IMG/VR virus record: IMGVR_UViG_3300035661_000064
Location: 1 to 63,323 of that record
Strand: one strand, 5' to 3'
DNA from: a virus
Lineage: Duplodnaviria; Caudoviricetes
DNA length: 63,323 bases
Both the position numbers and the translations under genes were made by a program. Shown here in pieces: positions 1 through 10,163 of this stretch. How positions within the stretch are numbered: the first letter of the stretch is position 1; every line of letters starts with the position of its first letter. The notes below the pieces were generated by a model. It saw only the letters and a list, made by a program, of their open reading frames with translations. It made no database searches and had not been told where the DNA came from.

Positions 1-197
1 AATTTAGAGTTAATTGAAATTAAACCGTCTGGTGCTGTCAGTTCTAAGTTTTTAGCATTCAAAACGATATCACAATTGTTAGAAGTGACAACAAAGAAGT
101 TGCCGAATTCATTCTTTACAAAAGTGAAATCTTCTCTATAGAGAAAACGATAAAGATGAATTACATTGTGAATGAGTTGACCGATTTTCTTAAACAT
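1..197 (-). CDS. Hypothetical protein, partial (runs off the window start), downstream of PAAR
   Basis: ATG at 197 (-) with AAGGAG RBS; open frame MFKKIGQLIHNVIHLYRFLY... to the window edge. Confidence 0.6.
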   Translation of the reverse strand, partial: MFKKIGQLIHNVIHLYRFLYREDFTFVKNEFGNFFVVTSNNCDIVLNAKNLELTAPDGLISINSK

Positions 198-219
198 GAA
201 TATTCTCCTTGATTTGAAA

Positions 220-501
220 TTATGCAAACGTATCTAAACTACATTGATATGCTTTGTCAGTACATGACAGTCTATCACCTTTACGGATCACAGATCTTCC
301 ATTAACATAGTAAGTTCGAGATCCCATTAAAGCAATAGGAACGTGGCAGCCTCTGTGGCAATGAAGAAAGAACCTATCTCCGGTTCGAACAACTCCTCTT
401 CCATTAACAAAAGTATCAGACGAACCGGATATAGCGGGAGTAGGATTAAAACCTGCGTGCCCTGCAGTAAAATCACCTCTTCGAACAATTCCTTTACTCA
501 T
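220..501 (-). CDS. PAAR-repeat spike tip protein (T4 gp5.4-like)
   Basis: RRGD..GH..F.PT.AISGS.DTFVNGRGVVRTGD..H.H...H...GS..YYVNGRSVIRKGD.LSC pattern; late promoter at 526-537. Confidence 0.9.
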   Translation of the reverse strand: MSKGIVRRGDFTAGHAGFNPTPAISGSSDTFVNGRGVVRTGDRFFLHCHRGCHVPIALMGSRTYYVNGRSVIRKGDRLSCTDKAYQCSLDTFA

Positions 502-543
502 TAATACATTTCCTCAAAATTGATTCAAATGGTTGTTCCTTTA

Positions 544-990
544 TCAGTCATCTTCAATATCTAAGCCTGTTTTAAGCTTGTATTGTGCTTTGTACATTTC
601 AAACAGCTTATCACCTACGTAACAGTTTGTATCTGAGAATAGGTCACTAGCAAGCCATTCAAAATAGTCAAGATCTTCTAACAGAATTTGTTTTAGGGTC
701 TTTCCTTTAAACTTTCCCATAGGCATTGAGAAGAAGAATTCAAGAGTTATAGGAGAATTTATCTTCTCCTTGTAACCTTGTGCATATTCAAAGACAAATC
801 CAGACTTGTTAAACAACCAATCAATGTAGAATGGGTCTTTAAGTTTAACAGCTAAAGGTCTTTGATTTTTGTACTTTCCAAACTGAAAGGAATAGCTAGA
901 GTTGACAAGAATCTTCTTCTTGTCTTTTGACTCTTTGTCTATCTCTTTCAGTTCTGAGAGAAAAAACTCCGCATACGACTCATCTTTCAT
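544..990 (-). CDS. Protein with two DUF3820/ExoX-C-terminal-like repeats
   Basis: Two copies of F/M-x-FGKY/FK-G...D..Y..WL (FQFGKYKNQ..DPFYIDWL; MPMGKFKGK..DLDYFEWL). Confidence 0.65.
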   Translation of the reverse strand: MKDESYAEFFLSELKEIDKESKDKKKILVNSSYSFQFGKYKNQRPLAVKLKDPFYIDWLFNKSGFVFEYAQGYKEKINSPITLEFFFSMPMGKFKGKTLKQILLEDLDYFEWLASDLFSDTNCYVGDKLFEMYKAQYKLKTGLDIEDD

Positions 991-1112
991 AACTCCTTTC
1001 CTTGTTTAAATGAATGTAGAATACACTTAATCAATATATACTTGTATAAGTCTTTGTTTAGTTTAAGGTCAAAAAAGAAAGACTGTAAACAGTCTTTCTT
1101 TTAATGCAGAGT

Positions 1113-2219
1113 TTAGTTGACTACGCCTTGTTTACGGATAAACTCCATATAAGGAAGTTCTAGATTAAGAAGACCTCCTTCGTTTTCTTTCTTGTCAAAC
1201 ATGTAAGATTCTAAGTTGTAGATAACACAAGCAATCTCTTTAGGAATGCGAATAAAAGAGTTTTGACATGCCGGATGCTGATGAATCTCAACACACTTAC
1301 GTGAGAACTTAATAGTGGTTAGCTTGAATTCATTTTGACGTTCAAGATTTATAGGAAGGATAGCTTCTTCAATTGAGTCATCAATGTCTACACTAGTTGA
1401 AAGAGCTTTTACATTCTTGCTAGTAGGAATTCTAGCTTTACCAAACGTCATTTCATGAGAGTAAACAATAGTTGGATGACCTACATACTCTGCTAAGTCT
1501 AATACTTTCTGCAGGGAAAGTATGCCTGCAAAATGATCTTTTAAGAATGCATGAGTATAGGTAGCTAAATGCTTTTCATCAGCATACGTGGGAATTGACT
1601 TAGGGAGTTGAATGTTAGAGTCAATTTTAGTTTCAAGAACTTCTACTTTAGCATTGCTTTCATTGAGAGCTTTAAAATTATTAGCTGCTTCAATTTCAAA
1701 AGCTTTAGCTTTCTTGTTTGCTTCAATCTTTCCTTTCTTAGCAGCAATAAATGCTTCGCCTATTCGAACGTCGTACTCATCTTGATCTTCACCGGGAAGG
1801 CGGTAGAATGGAGTTCCTAAAGAATTAGCCTTTTCCATAAAGACATCAACTACATGGTCGGTGAATTCCTTAGCAAAAGTAGTCTTAGCTTTAAGAGTCC
1901 ATTTAACTACTTCACGATCCTTAAGCCATATGCTCCTGCCAAGACTTCCAGTATCAGGAATTTCTAGAGTTTCGCAAAGATTCTTTTGAAAATCATCAAG
2001 ATTCGGCATACCCCCCCCTAGGGGGGGGTATGCTAAAATGTCAACTAATTTCACAGTTTTGATTTCATATGTATGACGACTTTTTTCGTCTTGCTGAATT
2101 TGCAAGAACGCAGCATATTGTTTGCAATTAGTATAGCGAACGTTATCAACGAAGATAGACGTAACTGCGTAAGTTTGGTTGTCTATGATTAGCGATGGTT
2201 GGATTGTGAGTTGTGACAT
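1113..2219 (-). CDS. Antirepressor-like DNA-binding protein (Bro-N-like N-terminus, coiled coil, C-terminal domain shared with the AntA-like ORF)
   Basis: VVKWTLKAKTTFAKEFTDHV resembles the Bro-N signature; early promoter at 2322-2337; internal 28-bp palindrome. Confidence 0.5.
   Translation of the reverse strand: MSQLTIQPSLIIDNQTYAVTSIFVDNVRYTNCKQYAAFLQIQQDEKSRHTYEIKTVKLVDILAYPPLGGGMPNLDDFQKNLCETLEIPDTGSLGRSIWLKDREVVKWTLKAKTTFAKEFTDHVVDVFMEKANSLGTPFYRLPGEDQDEYDVRIGEAFIAAKKGKIEANKKAKAFEIEAANNFKALNESNAKVEVLETKIDSNIQLPKSIPTYADEKHLATYTHAFLKDHFAGILSLQKVLDLAEYVGHPTIVYSHEMTFGKARIPTSKNVKALSTSVDIDDSIEEAILPINLERQNEFKLTTIKFSRKCVEIHQHPACQNSFIRIPKEIACVIYNLESYMFDKKENEGGLLNLELPYMEFIRKQGVVN
2006..2033. repeat. 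Perfect 28-bp palindrome GCATA-C8-TA-G8-TATGC inside a coding region
   Basis: Read directly; encodes AYPPLGGGM. Confidence 0.95.
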
Positions 2220-2383
2220 GTGCGAGATTCCTTTTACAAAACAATGGGTTTCGTTTTAGTCGTATATACAACTAAAACGAAGGTTTAAAAGTCTTAGAAG
2301 CCATCTTCTAAGACATCAAATAAATATATGTTTGAAACAGATATTGTTCCCTTGACACCATAACGATGTCAAGGGAATACTAA

Positions 2384-4615
2384 TCATTCTTCTAAAGAAG
2401 AAGACTCAATCATGTCAAGAAGTTCTTTCTCAGAAATAACAGAAATACCTAATGAGTTAGCTTTTCTTGTCTTGTTACTAGCTGAATCATCAGTATTGCA
2501 AACAAGGTAGTTAACTTCTTTAGAGATAGATGAGAGAACAGTGTGACCTTTCTCTTCAAGATAATTGATTAAACCTGAACGATTTCCTTCAAAGTTAACA
2601 CTGCCTGTAATGACAAACTTTAAGCTAGACTGTTTGAAATACTTGATTTCACGAACGTTTAAATTGGTATAGAAATAGTCTAAGATAGTTAGCATTTCTT
2701 CAGATTCAAACATCTTTAGAAACGAATCAATTGAGTTCTCTTTGATTTTAGGAATGTTAAGGTCTAACAAGAAACTTCTCATATTTTCTTGTTCGAGAAG
2801 CTCAGTCATAGAAACATGCTTTAGGATAGCTTTAGCTTTCTCTTTACCTATTCCTTCAAGCTTTAAAGCATGAATTATCTCATAGTCAAAACGATTAGAG
2901 AACTTAGCGATTGCATTTAGTAGGTTATCTGCTTTAGTGTCAGCAAAACCTTCAAACTCTTTAGCTTTGTTAAAGTCAATCTTCATAAACTCTTCAAAGC
3001 TATGAATACCGCTTTTAACAATAGCCTCAATGGTAGATACTGAAATTCCATTGATATTGAATCCTTCAAACAGACTTAAGAATGTACCTATGATGTTTCC
3101 TTCACATTTCTCATTCTTACAATAAGCATAAATCTGCTCACCTTTTCGGTTGATAGGTTTGACAAGCTTACTGTTACATAAAGGACAATGATCTATTTCT
3201 TTGAAAGGTGTTATAGCTTGATTTTCTTCAATGTCTAAAGGAGCAATATAACCTAAGCATTCATCTAACAGAGAAAACATAACTGTAGTATTCTTTCCTA
3301 GCTTAAGATCTCTAAACCTTTTAAAGTTAAACAACTGTACACGCTGATAAGTGTTACCTTTCATAATGACAGGTTCAAAGACAGCACATGGAGTAATCCT
3401 GCCTGAATTGTAACCAAAGTCGTATTCAACTCTCTTGATAGTAGTAAGAGCTTCTTCATCAGGAAATTTTAAAGCTTTGCTAAAGTTAGGAATAGGTAAT
3501 CCAGATGTGTCTGCATAATCAAGAATATCAATAAACTTCTGATCATAGAAAGACAATACAATTCCATCAATCATAGTATCAAATGAGAATTTCTTATCTA
3601 ACGCATAGTCATGAAACTCTTTGATCATGTTGATCATTTCATCAACGTTATCATAATTGTTAGCATCGAGAACAACTATTTCTTGTTCAATGAATAAAGG
3701 ATTGATTGTAGGCAATAATTCAATTAACTCTACTGCATCAGAACGTTTCATTCCTTTAGATTTAACATCTAAAGGAACAAACCGAAGATACTTACTTAAC
3801 TTAGCATAATCATCTGAACTAACAATTCCACCTACCATTGATCTAGGATTCTGATAAGCTAAACCATCTTTCTCTACAGCTTGGTTGAACAGTTTCCACG
3901 GAACTACCACTTCAACTTTGATTTCGACTGTTTCGTCTTTCCACTTAGGAGGAAGATCTAAACTAGTTAACTCCATTGAATGAATTACATCTAAGAATGG
4001 CATTCCATAAGTTCCATCACCACGAGTAATAGCTTGAATCAATGTATGAGACGAATCTAAGATGAGATTTCCTGAATTGCCATCTTGTTTTAATGACATA
4101 TCAAGAGAAGCTTTGTTTACTTTTAACTTACTGAAAGAGTCTTTAACCCATTTATCAACATCTCCTAACTTCAAGTTAAGTAATGTACACATAAACTGGT
4201 TTGATTGATGCTTAACTTTTCGTTCCTTTCTAGAAACTTGTTTAGATTGCTGTTTAAGCTTAACAGCTTTGATGAAATCATCCTCTTCTTCTGTTTCTAC
4301 AGACTGTATAGCTTGAGCTTTCTTAGGCTTCTTAGTGTACATTGAAGCTAAATCAGCTAATTCGTCTTCAACTACATTAGACCCTTTACGAAAGATCTCC
4401 ATCAAAACTCTCCAATCAGTTCCTCTAGGAAGATTTCTGTCTGAAAGAATTTGATTCATTTGATCAAACATTGAATTAGGAATTGATGGGTTTCCACGAT
4501 AGAACGATTCTTCACATTCACCGCGATAGTTAATCAATGTTTCAATGTCTGAGTCAGTCAGCTCTTCAGATGGTTTCTTTAAAAGAGTCATGAGAGATTT
4601 TAAGTTAAATGACAT
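2384..4615 (-). CDS. ligA: NAD-dependent DNA ligase
   Basis: KQDG motif I, TRGDGTYG, NPRS, IDGIV, ALKFP, SGRITP OB fold, CPLC..C...C zinc finger, HhH, C-terminal BRCT (FVITGS..R...); start moved to ATG 4615 (GGAG RBS, promoter at 4651-4662). Confidence 0.95.
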   Translation of the reverse strand: MSFNLKSLMTLLKKPSEELTDSDIETLINYRGECEESFYRGNPSIPNSMFDQMNQILSDRNLPRGTDWRVLMEIFRKGSNVVEDELADLASMYTKKPKKAQAIQSVETEEEDDFIKAVKLKQQSKQVSRKERKVKHQSNQFMCTLLNLKLGDVDKWVKDSFSKLKVNKASLDMSLKQDGNSGNLILDSSHTLIQAITRGDGTYGMPFLDVIHSMELTSLDLPPKWKDETVEIKVEVVVPWKLFNQAVEKDGLAYQNPRSMVGGIVSSDDYAKLSKYLRFVPLDVKSKGMKRSDAVELIELLPTINPLFIEQEIVVLDANNYDNVDEMINMIKEFHDYALDKKFSFDTMIDGIVLSFYDQKFIDILDYADTSGLPIPNFSKALKFPDEEALTTIKRVEYDFGYNSGRITPCAVFEPVIMKGNTYQRVQLFNFKRFRDLKLGKNTTVMFSLLDECLGYIAPLDIEENQAITPFKEIDHCPLCNSKLVKPINRKGEQIYAYCKNEKCEGNIIGTFLSLFEGFNINGISVSTIEAIVKSGIHSFEEFMKIDFNKAKEFEGFADTKADNLLNAIAKFSNRFDYEIIHALKLEGIGKEKAKAILKHVSMTELLEQENMRSFLLDLNIPKIKENSIDSFLKMFESEEMLTILDYFYTNLNVREIKYFKQSSLKFVITGSVNFEGNRSGLINYLEEKGHTVLSSISKEVNYLVCNTDDSASNKTRKANSLGISVISEKELLDMIESSSLEE

Positions 4616-4662
4616 TACATTCTCCATTTGTTTAAAGGTTGACACTGAATTAATATATGTTC

Positions 4663-5358
4663 TTAAGCGTAATAGATTTTCTGGCGGTTGGATTGTAGAT
4701 GCAAGCTCTCTTCCATTCGTTTGTATTCTTCTTCTTTAGCACTAATAGCATCATTCAAAACATCTAGGTTTAGATCAATTTGACCATATTCAGAGTTTAT
4801 AGTAGTGAAAAACCCCCTAGAACCTTTAATTAGCTCAGCTACATCACCTAATGCAATCTTTTCAACTGAAGAAATAAGACCGGGTTTTACTGTATTGAAG
4901 TCTCGATGTACAGTATTGACTTTCAAAATGAACCAAGACCAATGCAATGGTATATTAGGTTGAATTGATACTATATTAGGTGGTTCAAAGCTTCCTATGA
5001 ACTTTATAGTTTCAGGTTTTGACAAGTTGTTAATCAAGTCTCCTGCATACGATGTAGCAAAAGTATAACCGCTGCTGTAGTTGCCATTAGTGGGAGCAAA
5101 CACTTCACTTGTATTGATAATTTCACTACCATCAGGAGTAACAATGAAGAACCTAGACGTACCACCTTGATCTAAGTTTCTATGTTCCTCAACGTTTACT
5201 ACTACTTGGATTGGTCGCGGATAATAAACTGATAATTTGTAAAGTGTCTGTATTCTAAGAACTTTAATAATCTCTTCATCAGTTAGTTCAGGTAACTTGT
5301 TTATATAAGCACCTAGCTTTCCTTTTATATGAGACAGGAAATAGTTGAATGTAAGCAT
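4663..5358 (-). CDS. Putative virion head-completion/neck protein
   Basis: Late promoter (5376-5387), divergent from the prohead protease; function inferred from context only. Confidence 0.35.
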   Translation of the reverse strand: MLTFNYFLSHIKGKLGAYINKLPELTDEEIIKVLRIQTLYKLSVYYPRPIQVVVNVEEHRNLDQGGTSRFFIVTPDGSEIINTSEVFAPTNGNYSSGYTFATSYAGDLINNLSKPETIKFIGSFEPPNIVSIQPNIPLHWSWFILKVNTVHRDFNTVKPGLISSVEKIALGDVAELIKGSRGFFTTINSEYGQIDLNLDVLNDAISAKEEEYKRMEESLHLQSNRQKIYYA

Positions 5359-5491
5359 TTTAGCTCTCCTACGTTTAAATAACTGTTCAATTTAAATGTT
5401 AAATGGTTACAAATAAAGCAATGACCTATGAAACATTTCAATGAAATCGAATCTCTATTATTCTCCTACTGACAATAAAGGTAAATTGATC

Positions 5492-6283
5492 ATGAATCCT
5501 AAACGCGAAATAGACCTCGGTTATTTCATTGCAGAAGCTACATCTGATTTTCAGACAGTAAAGATTCAAAAAGAGAAGAAAAACTCAATTATATTTGAAA
5601 CAACTCTTCAAGACTTTGCTTTAAACCGGAACAAACGTCTTTACGACAAAGAAGTTTTAACAGAAGCACTAGATGCGCCTCATATCATAGAGCTAGTTAA
5701 ACGTAAAAGCTGGTATGGTGAAGCTGGGCATCCTATTACAACTGACATGAACCGTTTGAAAGAAGTAAAGCAAACAAACATCTCGCATATAATTCTTGAG
5801 AAGACGGTAGGTACAACTGTCGAAGGGTTAATTGAAACTGCTAACACTTCGGTAGGTCGTGACTTTATGGGTCTAATTGATCAAGGAAGTAAAGTAGCAT
5901 TTTCAATGCGTGGTTTTGGTAAGACTGTAGCACTTCGCGAATCTCCGGGTTCATCTGTTGTAACCCGTCCTATGAAGATCTTGACCTACGATTGGGTAGT
6001 ATTTCCTAGTCATGCGTCAGCAGTGATGAAAACTATTAAGGAATCTTCTTCTGAAATTTCATTCAAAGATTCAATGGTAAAACTAACTGAATCAGACGTG
6101 AAATCGTTCTTACGAGAAAACTCAGATCAATACTTAATCTTAGAGAGTTTCTTTGCTGAAATGGGCTATGAAGAAAAGTCTGTTCGGTTAGAAAGCAATC
6201 GCTTTGTAGTAGAACGAGATGGTGGAAGTCATATTCTACCGCTTCAAAAAACTCTTAAAGAATCACTTTACAGAATGTTTTAA
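5492..6283 (+). CDS. Prohead core protease (T4 gp21-like)
   Basis: NRNKRLY, YGEAGHP, FSMRGFG, TYDWVVFPSH motifs; late promoter 5432-5443 favours start 5492 over 5441. Confidence 0.9.
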   Translation: MNPKREIDLGYFIAEATSDFQTVKIQKEKKNSIIFETTLQDFALNRNKRLYDKEVLTEALDAPHIIELVKRKSWYGEAGHPITTDMNRLKEVKQTNISHIILEKTVGTTVEGLIETANTSVGRDFMGLIDQGSKVAFSMRGFGKTVALRESPGSSVVTRPMKILTYDWVVFPSHASAVMKTIKESSSEISFKDSMVKLTESDVKSFLRENSDQYLILESFFAEMGYEEKSVRLESNRFVVERDGGSHILPLQKTLKESLYRMF

Positions 6284-6334
6284 ATACAAATCTCCTGTTA
6301 GCATTATGCTAACAGGAGATAAGAACACTTTATT

Positions 6335-6346
6335 AAACATATATTA
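6335..6346 (+). promoter_or_regulatory. Early promoter class, consensus AAACATATATTA with variants (representative site)
   Basis: Also at 1032(-), 2322(-), 4651(-), 8917, 11430, 18211(-), 20478(-), 20551, 22048, 38466, 40002, 44045, 45746(-), 46162(-), 46716(-), 48395(-), 52535(-), 58675(-); always upstream of non-structural genes. Confidence 0.85.
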
Positions 6347-6379
6347 GTTTAATGTCCTTATCAATAACTGGAGACTCAA

Positions 6380-7690
6380 ATGAGTAAAGCCCTATCTCAA
6401 CCTATCTTAAAACAATGTGTTTCTTATGAAACGTTATTCACTTTTTATGAAGACTATCTTGTAGATAGTTATGTCATTGTGCGAAGCCTCTATACACAAA
6501 TTGATCCGTTCACTCCAATCAACATAATGGCAAGTCAGATCTATTCTAGTGGTTCAGTAGACCCTGAATCAGAACTAACTAGATTTATTACGTTTCAAGG
6601 AATAGTTAAAGAGCTAGACGCTCTGCTGAAATACTATCTGCCTTTTACAAATGGAATAATCTTCTACTATGACGGCATTACTTATCAGTATATCAAGCTA
6701 ATTGACGACTTGTTCTTGTTAGACTTAGTAAACTTTCCTAAAGACTTTATTAAGAAACCTACAAAGCCATTAGAATTAGTATCTGATTTAGTTCGCTATG
6801 GTGTGTATGAAATCTTCAACATAGATGACGGAGAGTTCACTATAGAAGAGGCAATCAGTTCACCTACATCAGTTTTAGTCAAAAAGCTCAGTCTTTTAGA
6901 TGGTGATCCATTCAACAAAACAATTCTTTACTTCAAGTTTCGGATTAATGATAATCAGCAATACACTAGCAGAAAAGAAGCATTTTTGATCGAAAAAGCT
7001 TCTTCAAGTTTTGTTCTCTTAAAGCGAATAGTTTCTAAAGACAAACAATTCTATAATTCTATCAACGCTGAAGCTGCTCGTTACTTCAAGCAAATGATCA
7101 TTGCAGAAAAACATGTTAAAGCTTTTGCTAAAATCATTCCTAAGCTTGATAATGTGTTTAAATCATTGGAATTTGAATTGAATGATTTCAATCGATCTCC
7201 TAAGCCATTAAAGAAAGGCAGAGTTGTCAGGTTTAGATCGCTTCAATCTTCTTTTGAACTACTGTTTATTAGCTTCAAAGAACTAAAACAGAACCTTAAG
7301 GCTACTTTAGAAATAACTAATTTCACTCAAGCTGAAGTACATTCTATAGTCTCTTATTTCTTTGATAATGCAACAATCTTAGAAACTGAAAAACGAATAG
7401 AGGGTTCTTTGCATTCAGTATTCTTTGAGTTTCTCAAAGACAGAAAAGAACAAACTTATTCAGTATTCGGAGCTAAAGGATACTTACCTCCTGAAATGAT
7501 TGAATACGAGTTTGACTTCTTTGCTTTACTTGAAATTAGTCGTTTTGCGCCTAGAGACGACATCAAAAAAGCTTTTAAAAGAGCTAGAGGAAGATTCCAT
7601 CCCGATCGTCCTACCGAATATGCTAGCGAGTCTAAATTCAAGTTCATTGTAGAAAAATACAATGACTGGGAAAGAGGATTTCCTGTTTGA
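6380..7690 (+). CDS. Protein with C-terminal DnaJ J-domain
   Basis: FFALLEI...DDIKKAFKRARGRFHPDR....KFKFIVEKY with intact HPD. Confidence 0.8.
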   Translation: MSKALSQPILKQCVSYETLFTFYEDYLVDSYVIVRSLYTQIDPFTPINIMASQIYSSGSVDPESELTRFITFQGIVKELDALLKYYLPFTNGIIFYYDGITYQYIKLIDDLFLLDLVNFPKDFIKKPTKPLELVSDLVRYGVYEIFNIDDGEFTIEEAISSPTSVLVKKLSLLDGDPFNKTILYFKFRINDNQQYTSRKEAFLIEKASSSFVLLKRIVSKDKQFYNSINAEAARYFKQMIIAEKHVKAFAKIIPKLDNVFKSLEFELNDFNRSPKPLKKGRVVRFRSLQSSFELLFISFKELKQNLKATLEITNFTQAEVHSIVSYFFDNATILETEKRIEGSLHSVFFEFLKDRKEQTYSVFGAKGYLPPEMIEYEFDFFALLEISRFAPRDDIKKAFKRARGRFHPDRPTEYASESKFKFIVEKYNDWERGFPV

Positions 7691-7740
7691 AACATGTACT
7701 AGTAATGTTTGCTAATTTAATGATTTTAGAGGTTTATAAA

Positions 7741-8163
7741 ATGTTTGACTTAATCTTCACTATATGTTTCTTGATTGTGCTTATTGCAAGCGGAATCTAC
7801 TTTTACCGTAAAGAGATTGCTTCTCGAAAAGCAAACAAAGAGTTCTTCAACAGTCTACGAAAAGAACTCAGTATAACTCCCGCTCCAATTAACAAACCTG
7901 TTAAACGAGAACCGTCTAAGCCATATTACAATGAAGTCTCAATTCAATCAGACCCTTACCCTGCAGCTCTAATTGATTCGCATAATCGCAATTTAGATTC
8001 ATCTTCTTCAAATTGTTATTTAGCAACTTCTCCAGTTTATGATGATTCATCTTCTTCAAATTGCGATTCAACAACTTCTTCATCTTCTTCAGATTGTGAT
8101 TCATCTTCATCTTCTTCAGATTATTCATCTTCTTCAGATTGTTATTCGTCTTCTTTTGACTGA
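7741..8163 (+). CDS. Membrane-anchored protein with Ser/Asp/Cys-rich repetitive tail
   Basis: N-terminal TM helix (LIFTICFLIVLIASGIYFY); repeated TCATCTTCTTCA units at ~7998-8150; GAGG RBS before ATG 7741. Confidence 0.7.
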   Translation: MFDLIFTICFLIVLIASGIYFYRKEIASRKANKEFFNSLRKELSITPAPINKPVKREPSKPYYNEVSIQSDPYPAALIDSHNRNLDSSSSNCYLATSPVYDDSSSSNCDSTTSSSSSDCDSSSSSSDYSSSSDCYSSSFD

Positions 8164-8176
8164 TTAAAACTGATTT

Positions 8177-8205
8177 CACCCTTAGCCCTGTAAAGGCTAA
8201 GGGTG
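8177..8205. terminator. Hairpin between convergent genes (CCCTTAGCC..GGCTAAGGG family)
   Basis: Inverted repeat; near-identical copies at 42277-42305 and 62686-62716. Confidence 0.7.
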
Positions 8206-8219
8206 CTACTCTGTCTTTT

Positions 8220-8804
8220 TTAGAAAGTTCCGCCATCACGAGAGGAAGAAGTTTTAGGTTTAGCCGATAAACTGATTTCGACTTCATTGAATTTAGAATA
8301 GTCTAGAACCAACTTGTTCTTGTCATCCATGACAAAAATGTCAGAAAGATCTTGTGAATCCAACAAACCTAAATCAGATGGAACGTATGCTTTCCATCCG
8401 AATTTAGACTCTTTTAACACAGCTGAAGAAAGACGGTTATTATTGTTGTTAGGATCAATTAAGACAAATTCATTGTCTTCATCAAGAGTATATACATAAA
8501 CGCTTCCTAGTTTGTTTACGATAAACATACCTACAAACAATCCTGTTTCAATATCCCACATTACACGAGAAACAGTAGGGGGATCAGTTCGTTCATGTTG
8601 AGGGAAGAAAACGTCTTTTGTAGTTTGTTCGTTTCCACAAGTTTCGTTAGAGCATTTGTGAAAGTAATTAGAACCTGAACTGCGTTCATAAACCACATTA
8701 AGAACACCGTCAGTGCATTTAGGACATTTCCAGTATAAATCACTTCGAACAGTTACAGCTCGAACAATTTCAAATGGTTCATTGACGTTAGTTTCGTTTT
8801 CCAT
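8220..8804 (-). CDS. Zinc-ribbon-containing hypothetical protein
   Basis: CPKC...CSNETC; late promoter at 8833-8844. Confidence 0.55.
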   Translation of the reverse strand: MENETNVNEPFEIVRAVTVRSDLYWKCPKCTDGVLNVVYERSSGSNYFHKCSNETCGNEQTTKDVFFPQHERTDPPTVSRVMWDIETGLFVGMFIVNKLGSVYVYTLDEDNEFVLIDPNNNNNRLSSAVLKESKFGWKAYVPSDLGLLDSQDLSDIFVMDDKNKLVLDYSKFNEVEISLSAKPKTSSSRDGGTF

Positions 8805-8961
8805 AAGGACACCTTTGTTTCTAGATTAAATACAAAGTAATGTTAGCATTGAGTTTAATTGGTTTGACCATAAGACCCTTCAAAGTTAACATTACTTTGT
8901 AAGTGAAAGCTTTTTCAGACATATATTATTTAACTGCCTATACTAAACAAGGAAAGAAGTC

Positions 8962-10110
8962 ATGCATCAAAGCACTTATTTAGGTTCTCCTACAGCAGCT
9001 GACAAAGATATTGGATCAGTCTTTTGGATGAACAACAATTCAAACATGATCTTGCATCCATTCTATCGTCCTGACAATGATACTCTGTTTGATGAATTAT
9101 ACAATAAGTCAAGAGCACAAGATTGGTCTCCTGCTGAGACTGATTTAACACAAGATAAATCTGACATTCAGGACTTAACTGAAGCTGAATTTAGAATGCT
9201 AATCTTGAATCTATCTTATCAAACATTCCTAGATGCAGCCCAACAAACTGAACCTGTAAAGATCCTTTCTATCTTTTGTTCTCAACCATCATTGCAAAGC
9301 TACATTGATGTATGGGGTTTATCTGAATCAGTTCATACAAATTCATACAATCAAATTGCTCAAACTATGCTTCCTGATAAAGATATACTTCTTGACACAG
9401 TCAGTAACAATGTTGAAATTCAAAAACGTGCTGCTACAATGGCTAGGTACTATGATGAAGCTTCTGTTAGAGCAGGACATTACTTAATTGATAAAACGTC
9501 AGGTCACTCTAACGAAACAATTGATGCACTTATCAGACTCTTATCTTCAGTTAACATTTTAGAAGGTTACAGATTCTATGTTACTTTCTTATGTCACTTT
9601 GCATTTGGTGGTGCATTAAGTGGAAAAAGACCTCGTTTAACGAAGATGCTTACACTAATGCAATCTATTGCAAGAGACGAATCAATTCATGTTGTAGGAA
9701 CACAGCATATGCTTAACCGAATTCGTTCAGGCAAAGAAGGTAAACTCTTTCAAGAACGTTATGAATATCTCTTACCTGAATTAATTGAAATGTTTCGCAA
9801 TGGTCTAAACGAAGAAAAGTCTTTTAGCGATTATCTATTCAACGGAGAATCAATCAACAATCTAACTTCAGCTAAAGTACATAAGTACATAGACCATATT
9901 GGATTGAAAAGAGCTTCAGTAATATTTGATAACCCATCTAAAATAGTTGATCGTGCGGTATATGCTAACCCTGAACAATGGGTAGATGATTTATACTTAA
10001 GTTCAAAAGGAAAGCAAACAGCTCAACAAGAAAAAGATGCTAACGCTTACATAAAGAATCTTGATTGTTCTAAAACACGATTAAATTTGTCAATGCTAAA
10101 TCGTCTGTAA
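8962..10110 (+). CDS. nrdB: Ribonucleotide reductase class Ia beta subunit
   Basis: WSPAE, D..Q, ESVHTNSY (radical Tyr), EGYRFYVTF, RDESIH di-iron ligands, C-terminal Y. Confidence 0.95.
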   Translation: MHQSTYLGSPTAADKDIGSVFWMNNNSNMILHPFYRPDNDTLFDELYNKSRAQDWSPAETDLTQDKSDIQDLTEAEFRMLILNLSYQTFLDAAQQTEPVKILSIFCSQPSLQSYIDVWGLSESVHTNSYNQIAQTMLPDKDILLDTVSNNVEIQKRAATMARYYDEASVRAGHYLIDKTSGHSNETIDALIRLLSSVNILEGYRFYVTFLCHFAFGGALSGKRPRLTKMLTLMQSIARDESIHVVGTQHMLNRIRSGKEGKLFQERYEYLLPELIEMFRNGLNEEKSFSDYLFNGESINNLTSAKVHKYIDHIGLKRASVIFDNPSKIVDRAVYANPEQWVDDLYLSSKGKQTAQQEKDANAYIKNLDCSKTRLNLSMLNRL

Positions 10111-10163
10111 ACCTTGTATATTGCTAGTTATAGGATTTATCATCCTATAACTAGCAATCTTTT

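Noticed and set aside
7916-8287. 123-aa minus-strand ORF with NLKKM repeats
   Set aside because: Antisense shadow of the Ser-rich repeat; it crosses a terminator hairpin.
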